A DNA stretch of 62,660 nucleotides, the filler included, from Reclinomonas americana ATCC 50394 (taxonomy: Eukaryota): NCBI GenBank assembly GCA_048213135.1. It is 5 parts of 2 records of this genome, joined end to end, with 100 filler letters (N's around TTAATTAATTAA, not from the genome) between each part and the next. Parts side by side here need not be neighbours in the genome. Positions count along the whole stretch, not along the records: positions 29,653 to 39,212 come from PS015066.1; positions 39,313 to 51,843 come from PS015066.1; 3 more parts are not named here. One strand, 5' to 3'. Both the position numbers and the translations under genes were made by a program. A model generated the notes under the pieces. It was not told the origin of the DNA, searched no databases, and saw nothing but the letters and a program-made list of their open reading frames with translations. Below are positions 36,383-49,705 of the stretch, one piece after another. How positions within the stretch are numbered: the first letter of the stretch is position 1; each line of letters starts with the position of its first letter.

Positions 36383-38563
36383 ATGGCAGCGGGTTCTTCA
36401 GGGCGCAACTATGCGCAAGAGATGGACTTTATCGAGCAAGTCTCGCCCACTCGTTTCGTCGCGCACAAGTTGTCAGATACGTGTCTGTCCCTCTCTCACA
36501 TCTCTCTCTCTCTCTCTGCCTGAATGCAGAGTTCCGCATTCGACGCGGCTTCGTGCCGCACATGAAAGTTGCGCACACGCACGCACGCACGCATGCAAGG
36601 AAAAACCCCCTCCCTCTTGTTTGTGTCAGAGAGTGGCCATTTCCAGCTCACGCACTTTTGTCGTAGGTGGAGGGCACGTTTTACATTAACGAGCACCTCA
36701 AGCATCTCATGCTCGACGAGCTGTCACAGTACAGTGAGCACGGTGGAGTCGGAGGATTCCTGCCCTCGGTCAAGCAGATTGCAAATGTCGCCGCGTTGCC
36801 TGGCATTGTCGGAGTTTCGCACTGCGATAGAGACAGAGAGATTCTCAGTCCATGGTAAGTTGGCATGCCTGACATTCTCTCTCCGTCTTCATGTAGAAAT
36901 CGATTGGGTTGCCGGATGTGCATTCCGGGTACGGATTTGCGATTGGCAATGTGGCGGCGTTTGATACGGCGGATCCGCACGCAGTTGTCTCGCCCGGCGG
37001 TGTCGGCTTCGACATCAACTGTGGTGTGCGACTGCTGCGCACGAATCTGAGCGAGGAGGACATTGCGCCGATCAAGGAGGATCTCACGCAGAGCCTGTTT
37101 GATCACATTCCGGTCGGTGTCGGCTCGATGGGTGTGATTCCGACGACCATGAGCGATCTCGAGGAAGTGCTGGTGCGCGCGTCAACTGGCTCTTGCTCTC
37201 TGGCGTGTGGCTGAATGTGGAATGCAGGAACTGGGCATGGACTGGTCCATTCGTGAGGGCTACAGTTGGGCCGAGGACAAGGAGCACGCGGAGGAGTACG
37301 GCCGCATGCTGAACGCCGATCCGACCAAGGTCAGCGCGCGTGCCAAGAAGCGTGGACTGCCACAGGTACGCACCGACTGTCGAGTCTCTCTGTGGTATAC
37401 AGAGTGAGTGACTCGCGATTGGCGACCACAGCTGGGCACGCTGGGCGCCGGCAATCACTACGCCGAGATCCAGATTGTGGACGAGATCTACGACAAGATG
37501 GCGGCGGCGACCATGGGGCTGGACCACATTGGTCAGGTGGTGGTCATGATTCACAGTGGATCGCGTGGACTCGGTCACCAGGTGGCCTCCGACGCGCTGG
37601 CTGTGATGGAGCGTGCCATGGCGCGTGATCGCATCGAAGTGAATGACAAGCAGGTTTGTTTGGAGAAGAGATTGAGAGAGAGAGAGAGAGAGAGAGAAAG
37701 AGACTCATGATGTATGCTGGCAGCTTGCGTGCGCTCGCATCGGCAGCAAGGAGGGTCAGGACTACTTGAATGGAATGGCGGCGGCCGCCAACTTTGCGTG
37801 GGTCAACCGATCCTCGATGACGTTCCTCGCCAGACAAGTTGCGTTTGCACCCCAGGGTATATTGTTATGAGAGTGCATGCGCTCACCTTGTCGCCACCGC
37901 TTCGTGCAGGCATTTGCCAAGGCGTTTGACACCACTCCCGACGATCTCGACATGCACGTCATCTACGACGTGTCGCACAACATTGCAAAGATCGAGGAGC
38001 ATGTTGCGTGCGCCGCATGGCATTCGTTGGTTGTCGTCGCGCACTTATTCTTTGCTTCGCAGATGGTAGATGGCAAGATGAAGCAGCTGCTTGTGCACCG
38101 CAAGGGCTCGACACGCGCCTTCCCACCGCACCACCCACTCATCCCGGTCGACTACCAGTTCACGGGTCAGCCTGTGCTGGTACGATTGTCGCCTCTGCGC
38201 TCTGCGCTCTTTGTTGCTCATTGCTTACCCCCGAGTGTCGCGCAGGTTGGTGGCTCCATGGGCACATGCTCGTATGTGCTGACTGGCACCGACAAGGGCA
38301 TGGAGGAGACTTTCGGCTCCACGTGCCACGGCGCCGGTCGCGCACAGAGCCGTAACAAGTCGCGCAGAAAGCTGGAGTATCAGGATGTGCTGGATCAGCT
38401 GGCAGAGAAGGGCATCTCCATTCGCGTGGCGTCGCCGAAATTGGTGGTGGAGGAGGCTCCAGAGTCGTACAAGGATGTGACAGAGGTGGTCAACACATGC
38501 CACGACGCCGGCATCTCGGCCAAGTGTGTCAAGCTGCGACCAGTGGCCGTGATCAAGGGCTAA
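36383..38563 (+). CDS. RTCB: tRNA-splicing ligase RtcB, eukaryotic type; 10 exons: 36383-36452, 36530-36567, 36667-36813, 36897-37172, 37228-37365, 37432-37653, 37724-37837, 37910-38002, 38063-38179, 38246-38563
   Basis: [70 protein letters not shown] and LRPVAVIKG are all present in frame. Confidence 0.98.
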
Positions 38564-38715
38564 GACAAGTAAAGACACGTGAATTACATGCATTGAGATT
38601 CATCACGTGGGCACACTCCGGGTGGTGCTTGACTCGGGCACTCCTGCGCGCGCGGGCGAGTGGCCAGTCCTGCCGTTCAGCGACGGCATCCTTTTGAGCG
38701 CGCGTCCGCTCGCTC

Positions 38716-40122
38716 TCACTGCCGATGACGACCGTACTCGCGAATCAAGTCCTCGAGCGACACACCACCCTGCAGCTCCGCCGGCAGTGCATCGTACATG
38801 ACTCGTGAAGGCACGAGTGAGCCGCGATTGGAGGCGTCCACCACACGCAGACCGAGAGACTCGCCGGCCTCCAACTCGCTCAGGTCCTCCCACGAGAACA
38901 ACAGCGTGTCGGTGGCGCGCTCACTCAACACACCAAAATCAACGATTCGCACACGATTCGCCGAGTCCATGTGCACATCCACCGTGTCTGCAAACGACAA
39001 GCGCGAAGAGGTGAGCGTGGGAGTGCACCGGGCAGTGACAAACGGACGCAACAGTCGGCCAGCGGAAACACGCCACGAACGACAGTCTCAAAAAACTCCT
39101 CAATCGCCTGCTGCGTCTGCGCCTGCGTGTCACTCTCGCCGAGGAACGGGTAGCAGGTAGATGTGTCGCGCTGCGAGATGCCTGGCGCGCCACAATGAGA
39201 GGCAGGGAGGGGNNNNNNNNNNNNNNNNNNNNNNNNNNNNNNNNNNNNNNNNNNNNTTAATTAATTAANNNNNNNNNNNNNNNNNNNNNNNNNNNNNNNN
39301 NNNNNNNNNNNNTGGGGGAAGAGGGGCGGTCGCCACTCACCAACAATTCTGCGATCCCGCACAAAGCACCGAAACTCGCCCGCCGCATTCACATCGCCGC
39401 GAAACTTTTGCAAGCACAGATGCACCTGCTCCCGTCGCGCCTCCGTACACTCAGCCTCCGGCTCACAGAATGCATACCTACAAAAAACAGTGAGGGAAAA
39501 CGCAGCACTTGCCTCACAAAAAGCAGCAATCGCAACGGTGCCGCCAGCTCATCCGCCACTGTCGTCGACGCCTTCAACGCCATGTACACCTCTGCCACCG
39601 TGAAGCACTGCAGCACGTTGCCGGGGAACATCCATCGCACATCCTGCACTCACCTCTCGTGTGAGCACCACACAGCTCAATTATAAGACATCGCTGGTGA
39701 GCCTCACCTCCGGTGCCGACCAGTCCAACTTGGGAAACACCGACGGGCCCACCTCACGAATCGCCTGCTCAATCGCCTGCTCCACCTCCGGGAAGCTAAT
39801 CACTGCATCGGCCTCGTCCTCATGATCACCAGCAGCCTGCTCACACACACACACGCACTAAGCACACACTCTATTCACAGGAGGCCGACTCACGTACATC
39901 ATCAACATCGAGAGTCAAGTGTCGCGGAATGCGAAGGCCTGTGTCTTCCTCCTCCTCATCATCTCCAGCTGCAGCTGCTGTCGACAACAGGTATTGTGTG
40001 ACAAAGGCCGGTGACAGAGGAATGATGCGCACGTCGTCGCGAGTCCACACGTGTCGGCGTGCATCAAAGAGCGGGAACCATGCGGGAAACGCACATGCGT
40101 CGAGCTCCTCGCGCGTGGTCAT
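38716..40122 (-). CDS. CDC123: Cell division cycle protein 123 (ATP-grasp eIF2 assembly factor); spans a contig linker
   Basis: C.FPAWFPLF, IIPLSPAF..YL, VFPKLDWSAP.D..W, LKAS, EFRCFV, GISQRD, VDFG and TDTLLFSWEDL motifs. Confidence 0.92.
39213..39312. other. Artificial contig linker (inside a CDC123 intron)
   Basis: 44N-TTAATTAATTAA-44N. Confidence 0.95.
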
Positions 40123-40184
40123 TGGAAAGTCGGTCCTGTCGAGTGTGTCCCACAGTCGGTGTAGATCAATCGCGCGCGCGCGCA

Positions 40185-43100
40185 ATGGAGTTTCGTTTGT
40201 CGAGCGAGTGTGCATATGTGTGTGCATGTGCACGACAGAGAGAGTGTGCATATGTGTGTTCGTCTGACATGGTTGTTCATGTCGCACTCTCTCTCACACA
40301 CACACACACACGCAGGGACCTGGACGAGTTGCCTGCAGAGCGACCGGCCAAGGTGGCCTCGTTCTCTCTTGCCGCCTTGTCTTCATCAGCAGCATCGTCG
40401 CATGCGCATGCGAGTTGCGTTGCTTGCTGCATTGTGAAAGTGACACTTTGTGTGCGTATCTGAATGAGTGTGTGCAAAACAACAACAGGGCGAGGGCATG
40501 TGCGTGGCAACAGCTGGGGATTGGATCGGTGAGATGACTGTGTGTGAGAGAGTGAGACAAGTGATTGTGCATTTCCCACTCAATTCGCTTGTCGCGCAGT
40601 GACATTGGCTTGATCTTGTCGCGACAGCGCTCTGTTGCCTCGGCCAGTTGCGTCATTGTCTTCTTCTTCTCCTTCGCGCGTGGATTCGGGCTGAACTGTG
40701 GAGAGCGACGCACAGGTGCCATTAGTCTCGGGCTTGGTGTGCGTGGAGGCGACGAGTACATTGGCGATGAGGAAATGGATCGAGACGACGATGGTGGCGA
40801 TGAGGATGAGGACGATGATTATGTGCAGGGTGGTGAGAGGAAGAGTGCATTTGTGTGTGTGTGTGGTCTTTGTTTCGCTGCTGTTCATGCCGGTGTGTGT
40901 GCAGACGGGAGAACATTTCGAGTGCCGATGGTGCGTGGCTGCTTTGTGGTGCTTCTTGTGCGTTCGCTCGCTTATCGTTTCGTGTAGCGTGGGCACGGCA
41001 CGCCGAGTCCCGGGCCAGGAATGGAGTACACGTCGGGTGCGTGCGTGTGTGTGCTTTTCTCAGTCTGTTGTCAAGCACTCACCATCCACCCCTGCCGCAG
41101 ACGACATCTACTCGGAATTCTGTCGCATTCTCGAGTCACTGGACGATCCTGTGGAGACGCTGGCTTCGTATGCACTCACATGTGTGCGCTTGTTGCGTCG
41201 AGTTGTTTCTCTATCTCTTTCTCTCTTGCAGAGTGATGCGCGACGACACACTCCTCACCATCTGCTATGGCAGTGCGGAGGATTTGGAGGAGAAGGCCAA
41301 GACGGACGCAGGGCGACGCTCGGCTTGTCTGGCCGAGGCACGTGTGCTGCGCAACGAGGCCAACACGTGGAGACTGCTCGAGGCTATGATGGTGGAGCTG
41401 TTGCACCGCACCGGACAGAGCGAACTGCACAGAGTAGGCGCAGAGGCGTTCGAGTTGCGTTGCGCTGTTCTCTCTTTTTGGTTCGACAGTGTGAGCGAGC
41501 CTCATTGCCCACGTGCATTTATGCAGGGAGAAGATGCTTCTCTTGCCGACGTGGCGCCGCAGTCATGACAAGGCCAAGGACGTGTTCTTTGTCAAGAGTG
41601 CAGACTACCGCCGCCTGAAGCAGATTATCGACTGGTTGGAGCATTGTGCCCCGCAGTCTGATAGCCCTGGTAACTGCACGCACCTCGCGCCATCTCTTGT
41701 GGTTGTTGACTCAAAACTTTCTCATGTACTCAGACAAGCCCGGTGCGGCCGATTCCGTGGAATCGTGGCCACATACGCTGCAGCGAACGAGGAGTCAGGA
41801 ACCGCGAAGTGGACAAGTTGTGTGCCGACGCTGTCTCTCCTGCCTCGCATGCGTGCATCGACTCATCACTTGCTGCACTGCAGGGTCGACCAAAGACAGC
41901 ACTCGATCCCGACGCCATTTCACGACAGAACCTCCGACTCGACGAGCACGACAAGGTGTGGTTTCTCAGTGCCCTTTTCGCCAATCGCGTAGCGGCTTAC
42001 CGTGGTTGGCGGCACAGCTCAACGAGGACCGCCTGCTGGACAGCGTGTTCAACAGGCTTCGCTGCGGCATGCTAGAGCAGGCTGTGGAAGATTGCATGGA
42101 CGCAGGGCAACCGTACCGTGCGGCCACGCTCTCCGGTGGCGAGCTGTTCGAGGACACGAAATTGTTGGGAGGTGAGGGACGTGTGTATGAGTGAGTGCAG
42201 CTTGGGTCGAGCGCCTGACGCGCTGTACGGCACCAGATGCGGCCAAGGCAGTGACCACTAATCCAGTCAATGCTGGCAACCCGTTGCGTGCGCTGTGGAA
42301 GCGCGCGTGTTACGAGTTGTCTCGCGATGTTCGAGCGCCGGAGCGAGAGCGTGCCGTGTATGGTGCGCTGGCCGGTAATCTCGAGGCCACGCTGCTTTCC
42401 TGCAAGACGTGGGAGGACTATCTGTGGGCACACCTTAAGTGCGCGCTGGAGGACGCGGTGGACAGAGTTGCGTAGTGTGTGCGATGACTGTCGTTCAATG
42501 ACCACTCACTCACTTCCGCGCACAGGAGGTGTCGGTACACGCTGCGAGCGACATGAATTGGCGGGCTGCCTATGGTGCGCCTGTCGTGTAGCAGTGTCCT
42601 CTACTTGCCATGCCGCGTATGCTCACCATTTATTTCGTGCACTCGCGCATTACAGCGGCCCCGTTTGCCAACCTGCCGGCATCGGATATTGGACGCGCAG
42701 TCGTGCAGCGACTGAANNNNNNNNNNNNNNNNNNNNNNNNNNNNNNNNNNNNNNNNNNNNNNNNNNNNNNNNNNNNNNNNNNNNNNNNNNNNNNNNNNNN
42801 NNNNNNNNNNNNNNNNNNNNNNNNNNNNNNNNNNNNNNNNNNNNNNNNNNNNNNNNNNNNNNNNNNNNNNNNNNNNNNNNNNNNNNNNNNNNNNNNNNNN
42901 NNNNNNNNNNNNNNNNNNNNNNNNNNNNNNNNNNNNNNNNNNNNNNNNNNNNNNNNNNNNNNNNNNNNNNNNNNNNNNNNNNNNNNNNNNNNNNNNNNNN
43001 NNNNNNNNNNNNNNNNNNNNNNNNNNNNNNNNNNNNNNNNNNNNNNNNNNNNNNNNNNNNNNNNNNNNNNNNNNNNNNNNNNNNNNNNNNNNNNNNNNNN

Positions 43101-45375
43101 NNNNNNNNNNNNNNNNNNNNNNNNNNNNNNNNNNNNNNNNNNNNNNNNNNNNNNNNNNNNNNNNNNNNNNNNNNNNNNNNNNNNNNNNNNNNNNNNNNNN
43201 NNNNNNNNNNNNNNNNNNNNNNNNNNNNNNNNNNNNNNNNNNNNNNNNNNNNNNNNNNNNNNNNNNNNNNNNNNNNNNNNNNNNNNNNNNNNNNNNNNNN
43301 NNNNNNNNNNNNNNNNNNNNNGGAGATACCTGCAATGCAAGTCGAAGCCATTGAATTCTACCACCTCGTGCAATCGAAGGTCGTGGAGGAGCACGAGTTG
43401 GAGCGCGGAGCGGAGCCGGCGCAGCTGTGGAACAATCTGTTGGTGGAGGTGAGGGAGGATCCGCCTGTGTTGCGCAACAAGATAGGTGTCAGTGCATGAA
43501 CCTGACATTCTGCATGCACACAGCTGCTGACCATTGTGGAGACGGCACACACGGAAACTGGTCGGCGGGCGGCGGCTCGCGCGGGGCACTTGGTGCGCGA
43601 GGCGCGAATCACCGATGTGGCGTATTCACGCAGCAAGAGCGATGTGTTGGTGGAGGGCATTCCACACATGCTGCGCTTCTCTACGCACTTGGCACTCTTC
43701 TTGCGAAACGCGGTGCCGTTGCTCGAGGAGCGTGTCGAGGATGTGCGAGAGCTCGTACGGCGCTACGTCATTGCTCTGAGTCACGCCAAGGAGTCGTATG
43801 TGGTGCGTTGTTGTTGCGGTCCTGTTTTCCTCGTGTGGTACTGACGTTCGGTTTCGTGCCTTTCGTTTCACAGGAGCCGCTGGTGGCGCAGTACACGCGG
43901 CAGCTGGACGAGGCGCAGCAGATTGAGGAGTTTGCCGACTTTTTGGTGCGCATTGAGGACGCCATTACGACCGGCGACCGCACTGCAGGTGACCCGAACG
44001 AGCGACGCCAACGATGCTTGCGGTACGCCGAGGTGGCAGGTCTGCCGGTCAGCGAGATTACGCGCCGCGTGGTGGAGAAGATCCGTGCGCGGTCGCCGAA
44101 ATCCGGCGAGCGTGAGCCGGCCACTGCTCGCCAGTTGGCAGCCTCTCGCACGCCATTTTCCACTGGGCGTCTCACTCGCAATCGTTGCGCACCCTGTGCT
44201 GCTTTGTTGGAGTTGTTGGTGAAATGACCTTAATTGTTCGTGGCACCCGCGCAGCGACTGCCATGGACGCTGACGACGACAGCGAACTGCCGAGTGGCGC
44301 TGAACTGAGTCAGTACGACCGGAACCGCATCGAGGCGCTGAAGTGGATGACGTCCGACAAGGAGCAGCTGGGCGAGGCCATTATGCAGGCCAACGCACTC
44401 GCGCGCTCCTTTGCGGAGTACACCTTCCGTGACCCGCCGCAATTGACGGCGATGCATCGAGTGCTGTTCCGATCGCTGCCCGACGACACGGTGGAGACGG
44501 TGATCAAGCAGTTCACAGGGGTGCGTCTAACATGACAGAGAGTGCGCCTGCGTCCATCAATGCTGACTTAGGTTGTGGTCAAATTGTGTTGCAGGTGCCG
44601 TACGTCACGAACGGCATCAAGGAGCTGCGTTGCTGGCGAACGTACTGCAAGGCACTCCGCCGGTACGAGCGGTGGGCGCAGCACTTTTATCGCGAGCCAC
44701 GTCCAAGGTGCGTGCATGTGTTGCAGAAGCGAGAACTGCTGCGTGCTTATCGACCACCGCTGTGCACAGTGACGGAGAACGCGGATTTGGCGGCGCAGCT
44801 CGTTTCGTGCTCCTTGCTTTCGTGATGGTGTCGACATCGCTCTCTCCCTCACACACCTCGTTCCTTACTTGCAGGTCTGCTGGCAATTCAGCAACACTGG
44901 GACGCCACGGACAAGGAGCTGGCCGAAGAGGCCGAGGAGATGTTGCAGTTGACATTGACGTTCAAGACTGGCTTCTTGGAGGACCGCGTGAGCGACGACA
45001 CCGATGCCGAGAGAAACGAGCAGCTGGCGGTGCTGCGGCCGCGCACGATTGCACGCTGCATCAGTCTGCTTCACAATATGCACCAGGAGCGCAGCGACTA
45101 TTCCAAGTGGTGAGGGAGACATGGGGAGGGTGTGAACAGTGCTCGCCGAAACGAGGACTGACTCGCCTTTCGGTCGACACAGCTTCCTGCTGGCCGATAT
45201 GGTCGCCGCCAACCTGCTGCACAATCTGGAACCGGAGCAGCTGCAGGAATATGTGGCGCAGTTGCAGGCGGTGCATGTGTTGCAGTTGGATCGCGAGGGC
45301 GCGCAGTGGCGCGAGACGAGGCGACGCGGCCCGCAGCGACACATTCGTGTCGACGAGGCGCTGCATCCAGTTTGA
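40185..45375 (+). CDS. NUP107: Nuclear pore complex protein Nup107/Nup84 (many exons, internal gap; start tentative)
   Basis: IIDWLE, LDPDA, RLRCG..EQA..C..GQPYRAATLSGG, GNP.RALWK, ERAVYGALAGNL, TWEDYLWAH and MLRFSTHL motifs. Confidence 0.92.
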
Positions 45376-45550
45376 ATGCGAGACGACAAGTTAATGTGGC
45401 CACACTTGTTAGTGAAGAAAAGAAAAAGAATCGTGTGACGGTCCTCGGTGTGTTTGTGTGACGGCAGAATGCCTGAGAAAGGAGAAGAACCCGAGCTTCA
45501 ATAATTTGTACCACCACACCACACCGCCAACACAAGTGGCGCGCATTCTC

Positions 45551-46880
45551 TTATCCAGTGGCGGGCGCCGTGAAGGCTGCAGCGGCCACGGCACGCTTCT
45601 TCATGGTGGCGTGCACGGGGTCACGCGGCGGGCTGCTCTCGGTCGTCGACTTGATGGCGTCGGGGTGATCCTTTGGCAGCGTGTCCTTTTCGCGCACGTC
45701 GTGCACGCCACCACCGCTCAGCTGCCGAATGGCGATCCGTGCAATCAGGTAGAACCAGTACACGTGCAGCACCTGCAAGATGGTCATGCCGACGGTGAAG
45801 CGGCCCAGCCAGACCATGCCGACAATGTTGTAGTGGCCGTAGACACTGCGAAGCGTGTGAGGCTAATGTGTGTGCCGCGCAACGAGGGACGCGTGATCGC
45901 ACGCAACATGGCAGCGCGAATCGGCACGAGTGGGAAGAACGCGAGGCGGGCAAAGAAGAACGAGATGGCGAAGATGATAAAGGTGATGTCGACGAGCTTC
46001 TCCAGCCTCAGATAGCGGAACGACTTGGCCGAATACAGGAAAATATCAGAGACGTCGTGCAACAGCAGCAGCAGCAGTCCGTGGCGGTGGCAACTGTGTG
46101 GGGAGGGGGGAGGGGAGAGAGAGAGAGAGATCAGCAGCGCTGCGCAGACGCAATAACAAGAAAACACGTGCACGCACCGCGCCCACGCCGAGAACAGGAT
46201 CAGCAGGATGGTGGTGACATGATGCACCACGTACACCCAGAAATCGTCGAGTCGCGTCTCGAAAAAGTGCGACACCAGCGCCTCCACGTAGAACGACAGC
46301 TCCAGCAGATAGTAGAAGAGGAACGCCGGCCTATGCACAACAGCGCAGCGTGAGCAGGCACCACAGCGTGCGCGTGACGAGTGATCATCAATGCACCTGA
46401 ACGGTTGCAGCGGCCAGTTCGCCCAGATGTTGGTCAGTGGGAACACTGTCCACTCCTCCGTCATAAACACCCAGAGCGCCATGGAGAACGCCAGGGTGTA
46501 GTACGTGGCGTACCACGAGTTCTCCAAGAACTTGCGTTCCAATTTGCGGAAGGTGGCCTCGTAGGCGACGGGGTTGGTCGTCTTGCCGTGCCACCGCCGA
46601 AAGAAGCGCAGCGCGCAGAAGCGATAGAGCTTCTTCACCACGAAGAAGCACAGCGCAAGGATGCAGATGGGCACGAGGCCGCGTGCTTCGCAACAGACGC
46701 GCTCCAAGTCAGTCACGAACAGCGCGTTGTTGGCGTCCACCACTGCATTGTGAGCAAAGGTGGAGATGTCGTCGCCAGAGTACTCGTGGGTGAACCTGAG
46801 AGCAGCACAGAGACAAGAGAGAGCGCGGGTGTGAGAAGTCTGATCCTTGGCGAAGAATATATGTGATTCGTCAACCACAT
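45551..46880 (-). CDS. Ceramide synthase (Lag1/CerS, TLC domain), copy 1
   Basis: KFLENSW, YYLLELSFY, RLDDFWVYVVHHVTT, LHDVSDIFLY..K, RLAFFP and LQVLHVYWF motifs. Confidence 0.92.
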
Positions 46881-48096
46881 TTTTGGTAAAGCGCAGCGCT
46901 CTTCTCACACACGCTCTTATCCATCAAACTCCCGCGCGCAAAAAAAGAAACAAACAGTGCACACTTTCTCTCTCGTGCGCGCGCACACACACACGCATGA
47001 GAGAGAGAGAGAGTGAGCAGCGCACCAGGATTGCTTGCCCCACATTTTTTTCGAAAAAAGCGTGTGTGGTCGCGAGAGATCAATAAAACACGTGTGAATG
47101 TGGGTATGTGAGGTTTGATTGATTGTCCCTCGCGTTTTCATTTGGGCACGGCGAAAAAAACTCTCACTTTTATGTGGGTTGTTGTGCGCAGAGTGTGCGG
47201 GGTCGGTGCATGTGCGAGTGGCGGAGGAGGCGGGTGGCGCTCGGCAACAAGCGAGTTCTGGACAAGAGAATATACTTGCATACCAAAAAAGTCAATACAT
47301 TCAGATGCTTTGTTGATATCGATATCGCAGGGGCAACGGGCTCCTCCAGTCAAGGCGGGTGGGATGATGCATTGCAGCTGTGGACTTGCAGAAACGGAGA
47401 GATGTGCTCGTGAACTAAGAAACGGGAATTCGGAATTTGCATTCGATCGAATTGTCGGATGGCGGATTGTCGCGCACTTCGAGGGAAGCTGCGTCTGCCC
47501 GTCCTAGCGTGGCCTGTGATGGCGATGCAGAGGAGGTGCGGACCTCTCAAGCAGCAACACACGAACGAGAGAAGTGAGAGGAATATTCAAATTTCGGTGA
47601 CGGAATTCGAAGCGTGGAATTTGGAGAGCGACTGCAGTATATAGCTGGGTTGCCAAGAGCGTGAGACGATGGCCATTTTCTTGTCTTTGATCAATATTTG
47701 TGGGCAGTGCTTCGACAGCGCTGAACTGGACTGTGTGCAGAATATTAATTTACAGTACGTCGCGGACTTTTTATGTATTGCGCATACGCAGTTGCTTCGT
47801 ATTCATGATCAAAGCCTGCTGGGCGCGGCAGCCTTTGCTCTCTCGTACTGTTTCTGTAATGTCTCAGTTTCATGCAGCTGTGTTGCAGTTTATCATTGTT
47901 TTCCGCCACCAAGTCCAGATCAGCGACTTGCAGTCTCATGGAAGTCATTGTTGACCAAGGACATCGTGCACCCCAAGTGTCTGTGCAGTGGTTGTACTTC
48001 GACAGCAGCTTGCATGTTTGGAAAAAGAAGCCCCCAATTCATTTTGCACTAACCAGCGCAACAGTCTCTCTCTCACACTCACTCCCCCCTCCCTCC

Positions 48097-48470
48097 TCAC
48101 GCCGTGATTGCAGTCGCAGCGACGTTGCGCTTCTTCACAGCAGTCGTCTGCGCCAGGGCCAGGGCCTGCTGCAGGGCGGCCTCAGCTGCCGCCTTGATGG
48201 CATCGGGGTGATCCTTCGGCAACGTGTCCTTCTCGCGTACATCGTGCACGCCGCCACCACTCAACTGGCGGATGGCGATTCGTGCAATCAGGTAGAACCA
48301 GTACACGTGCAGCACTTGCAGGATGGTCATGCCGACACAGAACCGACCCTGCCAAACCACACCCACAATGTTGTAGCGGCCAAAGACACTGCGCGTCAGG
48401 GGTGGTTAGGGATAGAGGAACGGCAGGGCGACACACACACACACACACGCCCTCTTTCTCTCCCTCCCGC

Positions 48471-48501
<31 letters not shown>

Positions 48502-49705
48502 AAAGCGTGTCGGCAGACCCGTCGATGTGGTCGCAAATGCAGCGGCGGCCAACACGCTCGCACAGCTCGCGATCAGGCACCATTGGTAGCCGTCTCGCTC
48601 TCTGCCTCGCTTTCTCTCACGCCCCCCATCTCCCTCCCTCCCCCTCCCTCTCTCCCATCTCCCGTCACGCAACATGGCAGTGCGAATGGGCACGAGCGGG
48701 AAGAACGCGAGGCGGGCGACAAAGAACGAAATGGCAAAGACGATAAACGTGACGTCGACCAGCTTCTCCAGCCTCAGGTAGCGGAACGACTTGGCCGAGT
48801 ACAAGAAGATATCCGACACATCGTGTAACAGCAGCAGCAGCAGTCCAATTCGATGGTACCTGTGCGTGTGCCGCAGCGCAAACAAATGAGCATATCTCCT
48901 GCAGCAACAACAGCGTCGCAGGGCGAGCACGCACCGCGCCCACGCCGAGAACAAAATCAGCATGATGGTGGTCACGTGATGCACGACATACACCCAGAAA
49001 TCGTCGAGTCGTGTCTCGAAAAAGTGCGACACCAGCGCCTCCACATAGAACGCCAGCTCCAGCAGATAGTACAAGAGGAACGCCGGCCTATGCAAACGAG
49101 CAAAACATGAGTGCGCAGGCACCACAGCGCACGTCGCGACGAACTGCCACAGTGCACCTGAACGGTTGCAGAGGCCAGTTCGCCCAGATATTTGAGATGG
49201 GGAAGAGGGTCCACTCCTCGGTCATAAACACCCACATGGCCATGGCAAACGCCAACGTGTAATACGTGGCATACCACGAGTTCTCCATAAACTTGCGCTC
49301 CAATTTGCGAAACGATGCATCGTACGTGGCACGATCCTTCTTCTCGCCATGCCATCGCCGGAAGAAGCGCAGCGCGCAGAAGCGGAAGGCGTTCTTCACG
49401 ACGAAGAAGCCGAGGGCGAGAATGCAGACGGGAACGAGCGCGCGAGCCTCGTAACCGACGCGCTGCGGGTCGCTAATGTAGTGCTCGTTGGCCGCGCGAG
49501 CCACTGCATCGTGCGTGTAGGTGCTCACATCGTCGCCTGCGTAGTCCACTGATAGCCTGTGTGACGCACACACACAACGCATATTTTTTATGAGGATGCG
49601 CACACGCACACGAGACACGCATTTCGTCGCCTCTCTGTGCACACACACACACACACACACTCACGGTTCGAGATACCACGAGATACTCGACCACGGGGAA
49701 GACAT
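48097..49705 (-). CDS. Ceramide synthase (Lag1/CerS, TLC domain), copy 2
   Basis: Same motifs and intron positions as copy 1; start MSSPWSSISW. Confidence 0.92.

Noticed and set aside
36568-38062. Reading the shifted donors as non-canonical G|TT introns
   Set aside because: Keeping frame would force non-AG acceptor ends. GT-AG placement is more parsimonious, though only cDNA can exclude the alternative.
36383-38563. Alternative genetic code or programmed frameshifts to explain the broken RtcB ORFs
   Set aside because: Nine GT-AG introns restore a full-length protein with no in-frame stops, and TAA, TAG and TGA all end predicted genes in the window.
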